Virus record (IMG/VR): IMGVR_UViG_3300028844_004984
DNA: 64,000 nt
Direction: 5' to 3' (one strand)
From: a virus
Below the pieces are notes generated by a model. It searched no databases. It was not told the origin of the DNA and worked only from the letters and a program-made list of their open reading frames with translations. Below are positions 10,201-18,177 of this stretch, one piece after another (position 1 is the first letter of the stretch; the number at the start of each line of letters is the position of its first letter). The translations under genes and the position numbers were made by a program.

Positions 10201-11950
10201 ATCATCTTTCTACGATTTAAAACTGCGTATTATTCCAGATTCTCAAGTCAAAAATTGGCCTGAGTATGATACGTTAGACTCTCTAAATAATTTTATATCC
10301 TCATCGCATCCCAATCAACGAATAACAGAAACTTCAGATGGAAGGGCTCTAAGAGCACACTTCATAGGAATGGAAAAAAATGATTTGAAAGGTGTAACTG
10401 AAGAATATTATACAAAAGTACCTTCGGCTGGCGCGAACAATATAATGAACAATAAAGTTAGAATCGAAAATAACAAATTAACTGGCATTCTTGATTCAGA
10501 AAAGAAAAAAGAAAAATCACAATATGATACAGCACCTGTGGATTCAAATGTGGTTGGTGTTTACTTATCGGCAACGCGTATGTATAATGAAGATACTTAC
10601 AATCATACTGGATATTTTGATATCGATGATTACATTGGTAATCCTGATAGAAGGGAGGGGTTTACAGAACAAAACGAAGAATTGGATTATGTTCGAAGGG
10701 AAGTGTTTAGAAAATACTCAGCAAAGAATTTGATTAATACTACAATTGATATGTTAGCTAAGTATGATATGTCGGTGTTTGAACAGATTAGGCAAACTAT
10801 TCCAGCGAGAGCGGATTATAATTCTGGTATTTTGATTGAGCCACATATTTTAGAGAGGCCTAAAGCAAAATCAAAAGTACAAGTTACACAAACCAGACCT
10901 GTTTATGAAACGGTTATTACTGCCACACGACCAATAACATCCACATATACAAACTATGAAACTAGCATCACCGCATCGGATATATATAGTATATCGGCAG
11001 ACCGTAGACAATACGATGCACTAATCGATGATACAGATGTGTACGCATTATCAGCCGAACGTACTCAATACGATGCACTAATCGATGATACAACTGTATA
11101 TAATTTAACTGCGGACCGTAGACAATACGATTCTTTAATTGATACTTCAGTACTACGAATTATCACAGCTCAAAAAGATGATTTGGAGAATTTGGGAAAT
11201 CCACAGATTAGAGATATGTACGCACCATCCACATATGAATACACAATTTTAAGCTATTCATCATCAGCTGATATTGGGTTTGGTAATAATTGGACTACTG
11301 GTTCAAATGGGTATTGGAACTATAATGTGCTTGGAACAAATGTATCAGCAAGTAGAGAATCTAAATACGCACAGCGAAAGGTATATTTTTACGATACATC
11401 CTTATCAGCATCATTGAAGTTGAGTAATTCATCATCATTATTACCAGCTGAAGTATCTACAGATGAGCTACCAATTGCAGTTCAAAATTTAAGATACTTG
11501 GGATGTAAGCTACGTTCAGACTCATTAACCACAAACTCATCAGATACACCAGATGGTAGACCGGTAATCGAAATATTTAAAGCAGACCCCAACGTATTAA
11601 TCTACACATCCCAAACAGCTGAAGAGGGTAATTTGGATGTAGATACTGTGACTGGACTTACCACGTTGGATGTAACTGAGCTAGCAGTAAATGAAGATAT
11701 TCGATTTACTCGAATGCAAGAATACAAAGATGAAGTCAAAACGTTCAGACGTAAGTTAGAAAAATTGATTGAAATTGAAGATAATCGTTCAGCTGAATTT
11801 GATGCTAGATATAAAGTAGAATTAATTCGTCGTGAACGTGAGCTAGAAAGACGTGACGAGTTTAATATTTTGAATGGTGATTCTGTAGATAACGCACCAC
11901 CAACAGACCCACCACCACCACCACAACCAATTAGTGCGACTGGTACATAA
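7289..11950 (+). CDS. Large baseplate wedge protein (gp7-like) with LamG-like domain
   Basis: NNIPYLLKTKGS.RAVKALI..YGIP motif (gp7/P2 gpI-like); GAIQEIRYW LamG signature; position in baseplate block. Confidence 0.65.
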   Translation: MAINRFQNPNILVETKVPVLGVQTYELVDASNQRTSTKPLQLTNRYTSGTKLETEKHIYSADELIHSAVEELDYDIDTSEEASELNLLVRPENDVRLAGIKSGYYSIVYNFLKRRTGTLKIVNINSDGTEIEVEADTTLVDIFSKYGPGGKYIEDTHQPNLILNFGENKIHTITDMSFENNERNGETVSTVSFPTDKANGKDTFFAPSIESENENRWVEFYTSRKRTPSNDLVYETTGRSAKFNISFDEKNKPYYEIEKNINGEGIYYSENETSEDRQYNIPMGQYYDIPPTAAGKTGKRRLSSIKKFSKIRYYDSSFKVNQVKRVILKLYKPLEDGLLPLDCKIDEVLRDSYIDRVLVYETKKNVETENFSAPNFKIDMGNYGKSTGTDLKTWNDLLDANLTTSQRIVDKYISSSFGGVDLNVDYTYFGNFVKYSSAVERVNNFKYKLELIESFDARIKQLNTVSGSEALTNVSQSITRKNKVVSGMDGWERWMYNESTGSLYTHHSSSNYPLTPWPKQQLYPPVQFSVTSSEGIAHQKGLIDSASIYDSLNDARLTKVIPSAIVEDTLNQDYILFIDMIGHHFDITWSYINSLTSIHTREEHPYDGMPNELLYDVAKTMGWKLTQGKDRSELWEFGLGTDKFGNVINSGSLRSKPHEQINYEVWRRIVNNIPYLLKTKGSARAVKALISTYGIPQTFLSIREYGGPVIETDVRPYWEHDRYVYHLELESSLTNGPLESGAHVKLPWGKIDDVDDDGYINGQSITPDVVELQIQQNVAQNTTIMHKNTNGRLLMLDEMLPDWAVVYESTSTSATATRGNIHLYLNGTPLTNAPIKSASIMDVPLFDSTMSTLVVEREVSTDDITQDNSYKLQYRRSNKDRITISRSASISVDGATESGYNGAWTGSQANDSANILYIGKPTNGQEGTTPIVGLPIEGAIQEIRYWAEPLKDIVIDEHTLSRETYHGNSATSSFYDLKLRIIPDSQVKNWPEYDTLDSLNNFISSSHPNQRITETSDGRALRAHFIGMEKNDLKGVTEEYYTKVPSAGANNIMNNKVRIENNKLTGILDSEKKKEKSQYDTAPVDSNVVGVYLSATRMYNEDTYNHTGYFDIDDYIGNPDRREGFTEQNEELDYVRREVFRKYSAKNLINTTIDMLAKYDMSVFEQIRQTIPARADYNSGILIEPHILERPKAKSKVQVTQTRPVYETVITATRPITSTYTNYETSITASDIYSISADRRQYDALIDDTDVYALSAERTQYDALIDDTTVYNLTADRRQYDSLIDTSVLRIITAQKDDLENLGNPQIRDMYAPSTYEYTILSYSSSADIGFGNNWTTGSNGYWNYNVLGTNVSASRESKYAQRKVYFYDTSLSASLKLSNSSSLLPAEVSTDELPIAVQNLRYLGCKLRSDSLTTNSSDTPDGRPVIEIFKADPNVLIYTSQTAEEGNLDVDTVTGLTTLDVTELAVNEDIRFTRMQEYKDEVKTFRRKLEKLIEIEDNRSAEFDARYKVELIRRERELERRDEFNILNGDSVDNAPPTDPPPPPQPISATGT
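10994..11164 (+). repeat. Three in-frame 57-bp (19-aa) tandem repeats
   Basis: SADRRQYDALIDDTDVYAL / SAERTQYDALIDDTTVYNL / TADRRQYDSLIDTSVLRII. Confidence 0.85.
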
Positions 11951-11958
11951 TTATTATC

Positions 11959-13050
11959 ATGAGAACAGAGAAATCAAATAAAACAAATGTTGATAAGACG
12001 GTGGATTCATTGAATCAGCTGATTCAAACACGTTTAGAAGAGCGCTCGGCCAAACCACTCATAACTTCTCCAGAAAAACCGATTGATGAATCTACTAAGT
12101 TAGATGAAGTTATCAAAACTCCAAAATCAATTATCGATACTGGTAAACCTTTAGAAGAAAATAAAGTACTGGATACATTCGATAAGACCAGAGAAGAAGA
12201 TGTGATTGAGTTATTGAAACCCAATACCATAGATTCACTCAGACCAGCAATCAGGCCCGTAGATTCTAAAGGGTTACCAAACTCTGATAGACGTAGGTTA
12301 TACAAAGAAGAGTTTGACCGTAGAAAATTAGATGATGCTCGTGGTGATGATTTAAAAGAAGCATTTAATGATGAATTGGAGAGGAGACGTACATTTCAAA
12401 AAGAATTAGAACTTATGAAGTTAGAATTTGATTTGTATCTAAAAGAAACATATCCAGATATTGTTGGTGATAAAATTATAAAATCTGGTTCTGAGGTATT
12501 GGTCAAGCAAAAGTTAATCGCTGATAAAAAATTAAATGAGGATTCAAAAAATTCTATAAAGAAAAAGATGGTTACTCGTGTTGAAAGTGAAAAGTTAAGA
12601 AAACAAAAAGAAAACAGAATGCTCATTAATACACGTAGTAACGATGAAATTTCTACATTTTTAGAAGAAGAGATAATTATAGAACAACAGGAGAAAAAAA
12701 ATAGGAATCCTGAAATTCGACAAATGAATACTGTTCAGAAACAAATAAAAGAAGTTAAGGAAATGGAAATCAGAATGGGTAGACCTATAGTACCACATAG
12801 GGATATAGTCGAAAGTGAAGATTCTGATTTTGATAAAAACTCTTTAACTAAATCGAGCGATATACTTATAAAGGGTGATGATAAAACATCTGAAGAAAAT
12901 TATAAAGAACGTAGAGATTCATTAGAGCAATTAAGACAATCGCTCAATGATAGGGATGTAGAGGAAGATTTTGCTGTAAAACTTGATAAAGAAGATAGGC
13001 AAAAGGTGGATGATTTGGTAAAGGGTAAAAAAAGCCAAAACTTAATGTAA
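11959..13050 (+). CDS. Hypothetical highly charged, coiled-coil-like protein
   Basis: 363 aa K/E/D/R-rich ORF. Confidence 0.55.
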   Translation: MRTEKSNKTNVDKTVDSLNQLIQTRLEERSAKPLITSPEKPIDESTKLDEVIKTPKSIIDTGKPLEENKVLDTFDKTREEDVIELLKPNTIDSLRPAIRPVDSKGLPNSDRRRLYKEEFDRRKLDDARGDDLKEAFNDELERRRTFQKELELMKLEFDLYLKETYPDIVGDKIIKSGSEVLVKQKLIADKKLNEDSKNSIKKKMVTRVESEKLRKQKENRMLINTRSNDEISTFLEEEIIIEQQEKKNRNPEIRQMNTVQKQIKEVKEMEIRMGRPIVPHRDIVESEDSDFDKNSLTKSSDILIKGDDKTSEENYKERRDSLEQLRQSLNDRDVEEDFAVKLDKEDRQKVDDLVKGKKSQNLM

Positions 13051-13065
13051 AAAGTTTTTTCTTCA

Positions 13066-13073
13066 TATTTATA
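13066..13073 (+). promoter_or_regulatory. Putative late promoter TATTTATA
   Basis: Intergenic octamer upstream of ATG 13103. Confidence 0.7.
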
Positions 13074-13102
13074 TAAGAAACAAATTGTAAAAGGGCAATA
13101 AT

Positions 13103-13768
13103 ATGGGATATTTAGATAATTCGTCGATAACTGTAGACGCTATCCTAACAAAAAAGGGTAGAGAGTTATTAGCAAAGGGCAGAGACTTCTTTGTTATCAG
13201 TCAATTCGCATTGGCAGATGATGAAGTAGATTACGAACTGTGGAATCCAGCACACCCGCTAGGTTCAGACTATTATGGAATCATAATTGAAAACATGCCA
13301 ATCGTTGAGGCAGTAACAGATGAAAATTATTCATTAAGATATAAGTTGTTAACTTTACCAAAGAATACTATCCGAATTCCAATTATAAATTCAAACCCAA
13401 GCTCAATTACAATGGAAGAGGGTGGACAGACTCAGGTGGTAACAATAGAAACCAAAAATGGTGGAAATGAAACATTGGGTTACACCGTAACACTACTAAA
13501 CTCCGATGCAGCTGATATCGTTGGTGATGGAAGTGGTATCGCAAACAATAGTGATGTTGTTGGTGCTAATGAAGATAGAAGAAGTGTTACTGTTAGTACA
13601 AATAGAACAGTAAGAATTAGAACTAAAGTACTGGCCGATAATACCGATATTTCAACTAAGTTGTTTGTTGTAGGTAATGAGACTGGTGGACGTACGGAAA
13701 TTGATTTGACGGTTACAAACAACCCAGATATCTCAGTAGGTAACACATTAGATTCAACATTTGGATAA
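13103..13768 (+). CDS. Virion structural protein (baseplate/tail-fibre attachment-like)
   Basis: DAILTKKGRELLA...FALADDEVDY N-terminus resembles tail-collar/fibre N-termini (LT..G...LA). Confidence 0.55.
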   Translation: MGYLDNSSITVDAILTKKGRELLAKGRDFFVISQFALADDEVDYELWNPAHPLGSDYYGIIIENMPIVEAVTDENYSLRYKLLTLPKNTIRIPIINSNPSSITMEEGGQTQVVTIETKNGGNETLGYTVTLLNSDAADIVGDGSGIANNSDVVGANEDRRSVTVSTNRTVRIRTKVLADNTDISTKLFVVGNETGGRTEIDLTVTNNPDISVGNTLDSTFG

Positions 13769-13786
13769 TTAAAAAGGGAATAGGAT

Positions 13787-14878
13787 ATGGCAATTTTACC
13801 AGCAGGTTCGTTTAATACATCAAAAAGAGTATACACGGCATTTAAAGTAGGGGATGTTGTAGAAGGTGGTGTAGAAAAAGTAACCAGAGGGTTGTGGAGT
13901 GGTAACGTAGGAACACTAACTACATTCTTTAGTTCATCAGCACAATCAGCTACTCAGAAAGAATATTACTACGAAGTTTTCGATGGGATATCAACAGATT
14001 CCACATCTGAATCACAATTTTCAGTAACGTATGGCCATAATCAAGGTAGTGGTTCATTGGGCCAAAATGAGGATTCACCATCAAATGCCATCTATTCACA
14101 ATACGCACAAATCCTACTACCAGATAATCAGAGAACATTCTCGTTCAATAGTGTATCCACAGAACACATATACGCTATCAACTTTAATAGAGCTAGGTTA
14201 AAAGATAGATTGGATCCTGGTAATTTTGAATTACATCTCGCTTCGTTAAATGGTGATGATGTAGCACGTAATAACGACCACACTGGTTCCAACGTAACAG
14301 TTGATGCTGATAACAATAAAGTTATTCAGTTGATTGATGATAGTGGTGATACCCAACAATCCGCAACACAAATCGGAAGGGTACATAATTTGGTATCAGG
14401 TTCAATCTTAAATGGTGTGTACTCACCAAAAACATATTACGGCCAGGTTTACCCTGAACAGGGTGTGATTGTAATGAACGCAGATACGTTAAATACAGAT
14501 TTAGAGTTTAATACAGTAACTGGTTCAAATGTTAATGGTGATAACGCATTTAAATTGTTCACATCTATAAGTGGGGCAGCTGTTTTAGATTCAACTGAGT
14601 TTGGATTCGCCGCAAGAAACGAAGAGAGAGTTCAATCTACATTCTACTTTGTAAGAGCTAAGAACGGTGAATATAACTTCTCAAATAACCCATCATTTAC
14701 GACTGGTTCGAATGGCGCGTTTTCTCAACCGACATTTACGAATAATCCAAAATCATATATTACAACTGTTGGGTTGTATAATAGTTCACAAGAACTATTA
14801 GCAGTAGCTAAGTTATCACAACCAATTCTGAAATCATTCTCTAATGAAGTTCTGGTAAAAGTTAAACTTGATTTTTAA
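13787..14878 (+). CDS. Virion structural protein (baseplate-associated)
   Basis: C-terminal YITTVGLYN...LLAVAKLSQPI.K...VKLDF domain shared with the next gene. Confidence 0.55.
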   Translation: MAILPAGSFNTSKRVYTAFKVGDVVEGGVEKVTRGLWSGNVGTLTTFFSSSAQSATQKEYYYEVFDGISTDSTSESQFSVTYGHNQGSGSLGQNEDSPSNAIYSQYAQILLPDNQRTFSFNSVSTEHIYAINFNRARLKDRLDPGNFELHLASLNGDDVARNNDHTGSNVTVDADNNKVIQLIDDSGDTQQSATQIGRVHNLVSGSILNGVYSPKTYYGQVYPEQGVIVMNADTLNTDLEFNTVTGSNVNGDNAFKLFTSISGAAVLDSTEFGFAARNEERVQSTFYFVRAKNGEYNFSNNPSFTTGSNGAFSQPTFTNNPKSYITTVGLYNSSQELLAVAKLSQPILKSFSNEVLVKVKLDF

Positions 14879-14896
14879 GAACGATAATGAATTATA

Positions 14897-16783
14897 ATGG
14901 CAGAAGCTTACAAACCAATCAATGGGGGTGGCGTACAACTAAGACCATTCAACACATATAAACGATGGATTGTAGACCATGTGAACTATCGAAACGATTT
15001 GTATTCACATTCGGTCTTAAAAGGTATATCGCCAGAACATAGCGAAAAGATAAACGTTTCCGAGTCAATTGGACTTCCTGCTTATAGAGAAGTTGATGAG
15101 ATTGATAATTCGAACTCCAACTCCACAACCTTTCTGAACTCAAAACATCAGAAGGTTGTGTGGTCTGGACTCAATCAAATGTTTTACAAACATAGAGCAC
15201 GCAATGAGCATGATTTGTATGCGAGTGCATCTATATTTTCAATCCCACATAATAGGTTGGGAGATGGTGTTCGGCCTGAAAGTGTAATTATAACAGATAC
15301 AAGTACTTCATCAAGTAACAATGATTTCTTACTTATAAAAGATTCTAAGTTAGATGAGTATCATGGTAAGTTATACGATGATAATATAGATACTGGTTCA
15401 TATGCACCCTATGGGAATCTGATAGGGTATTGGGGATTCAACGATGAAGTTGTACCGAGATACGCTAAACTTGATAGGGTGGTTGAAGATAGAAGTGGTT
15501 ACCTAAACGATGGTAAAGGTATAAACATAAACTATACACCGGGTATATACACAACCGGTGATTACGAACTCCCATCTGGCACCAAAGCTACATTTGATGG
15601 TTCAACATCATATATTTTGGTAAACCACAATCGAAAATTAGATTTCTTTGAATCAGAAGATTATTCTATATCTATGTGGTCTATCATACCACCATCTCAA
15701 TCGGCTGATGAGTATAACTATAATTGGTTACTCTCAAAATCAGGAACTTACAGAGATTTCACCGAAGATAAAAAACGTAAACAGGTGATGTACAACCGTA
15801 ATATCGAAACTGATATATATCCATTTGATGTAAAGATAGGTAATCAGAATTTATTATCTGATAGCGGTAAAATATTTGCATCAATATCAAATGGTGTATT
15901 AACGACTGAGGTTACATCAAGCACTAACCTAAACGATTCAATAGCACACCACGTTGTATTTAACAAAACCGGCTCTAACTTAGAATTGTGGGTAGATGGT
16001 ACACGAGAATCCATACAACCACTCAGAGGTAATATGAAAGGAATTCATAATAAATATGATATGGTTATGGGTAGTAAGTTCTTATCCGATGGGTATGGTG
16101 AAGATACCAATGATGGGCTTGGTACATTTAGTGGTTCACTTGATGAAATCAGAATTTATAATAAAGCACTAACACAGACGGAGATTGGGCTACTTTCTGA
16201 TAATGATTATGTAACGGGTTCGGCGTATCAAACCTCACAGGTGGGTGAGATTTTTTATAAGCATGGTATTGTGGTAGTATCAGACCCAAGACCATTATAC
16301 AGATATGTACTCGTTGGGGGTACTGGTAATTGGGATTATGATAACTCAATAAATAATGGTTGGAATGTAAAGTACAAATCTACAAAAGAACTGCACGAAA
16401 TAAACGTATTGTGTGAAGTTGGTTCAAATGAATTTAACATATCACAAAACCCAACATTGAAAAAAAATAATGATGTAAATGCATCGTTATTGAAGCCATT
16501 TGTAACGGGTTCTGATTTTAAACCATACTATACAACCATTGGTTTGTACAATCCAAATGGTGATTTAATTGCAATTGGTAAATTAGCATCAGCGATTCAA
16601 AACAGAGATGATGTAGATATCACTATAAATGTTAGATTAGATTTGGATGGTGCATTCGGAGCACCATCTACCGGCTCATTAGAACCAATAGGTAAACCTA
16701 AGACTGTTGTAGAAACTACAAACTCAAAAGGAAAGAAAACCTACATATGGGGTAAAACCGATATACCAAATATATCTATATAA
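14897..16783 (+). CDS. LamG/concanavalin-like domain virion protein
   Basis: GYWGFND, HHVVF...LELWVDG, FSGSLDEIRIYNKALT LamG signatures. Confidence 0.75.
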   Translation: MAEAYKPINGGGVQLRPFNTYKRWIVDHVNYRNDLYSHSVLKGISPEHSEKINVSESIGLPAYREVDEIDNSNSNSTTFLNSKHQKVVWSGLNQMFYKHRARNEHDLYASASIFSIPHNRLGDGVRPESVIITDTSTSSSNNDFLLIKDSKLDEYHGKLYDDNIDTGSYAPYGNLIGYWGFNDEVVPRYAKLDRVVEDRSGYLNDGKGININYTPGIYTTGDYELPSGTKATFDGSTSYILVNHNRKLDFFESEDYSISMWSIIPPSQSADEYNYNWLLSKSGTYRDFTEDKKRKQVMYNRNIETDIYPFDVKIGNQNLLSDSGKIFASISNGVLTTEVTSSTNLNDSIAHHVVFNKTGSNLELWVDGTRESIQPLRGNMKGIHNKYDMVMGSKFLSDGYGEDTNDGLGTFSGSLDEIRIYNKALTQTEIGLLSDNDYVTGSAYQTSQVGEIFYKHGIVVVSDPRPLYRYVLVGGTGNWDYDNSINNGWNVKYKSTKELHEINVLCEVGSNEFNISQNPTLKKNNDVNASLLKPFVTGSDFKPYYTTIGLYNPNGDLIAIGKLASAIQNRDDVDITINVRLDLDGAFGAPSTGSLEPIGKPKTVVETTNSKGKKTYIWGKTDIPNISI

Positions 16784-16793
16784 AAGAAAAGTT

Positions 16794-17216
16794 ATGGCAA
16801 AAGGAAATTGGTCTCACATTCAAAAGATGAAGGGTCATAAAAGTGGGTTGGAAACCCGAATTGATGAGCAACTTCAATCACAAGGTATTGATGGCGAATA
16901 CGAACAACACGAAGTATCCTATACAATCCCAGCAACCACCCATTCTTATAAACCTGATTTTAGATTACCTAACAACATTTTTATAGAATCAAAGGGGTGG
17001 TTTCTGCCAGAAGATAGAAAAAAACACTTACTTATAAAAGAACAAAATCCTGATATGGATTTACGATTTGTTTTACAATCCCCTAATGGTAAAATTTACA
17101 AAGGTTCAAAGACTACATATGCACAATGGTGTGAGAAGAATGGGTTTAAGTGGGCTAAGAAAGAAATACCGCAAGAATGGATTGATGAAAAATCATCTGT
17201 GAAATTTTTTGGATAA
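16794..17216 (+). CDS. Endonuclease I-like Holliday junction resolvase (T7 gp3 family)
   Basis: SGLE, YKPDF.LPN.IFIESKG, DRKKHLLIKEQ.P..DLRFV, KTTYAQWCEKNGF. Confidence 0.9.
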   Translation: MAKGNWSHIQKMKGHKSGLETRIDEQLQSQGIDGEYEQHEVSYTIPATTHSYKPDFRLPNNIFIESKGWFLPEDRKKHLLIKEQNPDMDLRFVLQSPNGKIYKGSKTTYAQWCEKNGFKWAKKEIPQEWIDEKSSVKFFG

Positions 17217-17239
17217 TTAGAATATTATTCGTATATTAG
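17208..17239 (+). promoter_or_regulatory. Bacteroidota-type housekeeping promoter candidate (TTTG-N20-TATATTAG)
   Basis: Matches TTTG-N19-21-TAnnTTTG with one mismatch; near-identical element at 35298. Confidence 0.55.
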
Positions 17240-17244
17240 TAGTT

Positions 17245-18177
17245 ATGGAAGAAAGACTACTCTTACTACTAGAATCGGTTTTGGGTAAATCGAAAAAAAC
17301 CTCTGGCGATAACTACGCGTTTTGGTCACCATTTGTAAATCACCACAAGCCTAAATTAGAGATTAATATTAAGTTGAACTCTAATGGTGATAATCCATGG
17401 CATTGTTGGATATCTGATGAGAAGGGGAAATCAATCCGTTCTCTATTTAGAAAACTTAAAGTATCTAAAGAGATTTGGGATGAGCATAATTCTATTTTCA
17501 GTAGAAAGTATAGATACAGAACTGATGTAACTACCGAAGAATCTAAGGTAGTTCAATTACCCAAAGAATATATTCCACTATGGAAAAAATCTAATTCTAT
17601 TATCCGAAAGCATGCGTTACTATATTTAGAACGTAGGGGTATTACACCATCTGAAATATTGAAATATCAGATTGGGTATTGTGAGGATGGTTCGTATAAG
17701 AACAAAGTAATTGTACCATCGTATGATGAGAATGGGATGTTAAATTATTTTGTGGGTAGAAGTTTTTACGAAGGTGGAATCAAACATAAAAATGCAGATG
17801 TATCAAAAGATGTGGTTGGGTTTGAGATGATGGTTAATTGGGATTTACCAATTGTGATTTGTGAGGGTGTGTTTGATGCTATGGCAATTCGTATGAATGT
17901 AATTCCATTGTTTGGTAAATCACCACAAGTAGAACTACAGAAACGAATAATTGAAAAGAACGTAAAAAAAGTATACATCGCTCTTGATTCTGATGCGTTT
18001 AAGAACGCATTATCATTTGCAGAAAAGTTAATGAATACTGGAATTGATGTACATTTAGTTGAAATGGGAGATTCGGACCCATCTGAACTAGGGTTCGATA
18101 AAATATATAATAAAATTGAAAATACCGAATTACTTTCACTAAGAAAGTTGATGGAGTATAAGTTATTAGGTGTATGA
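17245..18177 (+). CDS. DNA primase (DnaG-type, TOPRIM)
   Basis: YLERRGI, VIVP.YD..G...YFVGRS, CEGVFDAM, ALDSDA, DPSE motifs. Confidence 0.85.
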   Translation: MEERLLLLLESVLGKSKKTSGDNYAFWSPFVNHHKPKLEINIKLNSNGDNPWHCWISDEKGKSIRSLFRKLKVSKEIWDEHNSIFSRKYRYRTDVTTEESKVVQLPKEYIPLWKKSNSIIRKHALLYLERRGITPSEILKYQIGYCEDGSYKNKVIVPSYDENGMLNYFVGRSFYEGGIKHKNADVSKDVVGFEMMVNWDLPIVICEGVFDAMAIRMNVIPLFGKSPQVELQKRIIEKNVKKVYIALDSDAFKNALSFAEKLMNTGIDVHLVEMGDSDPSELGFDKIYNKIENTELLSLRKLMEYKLLGV

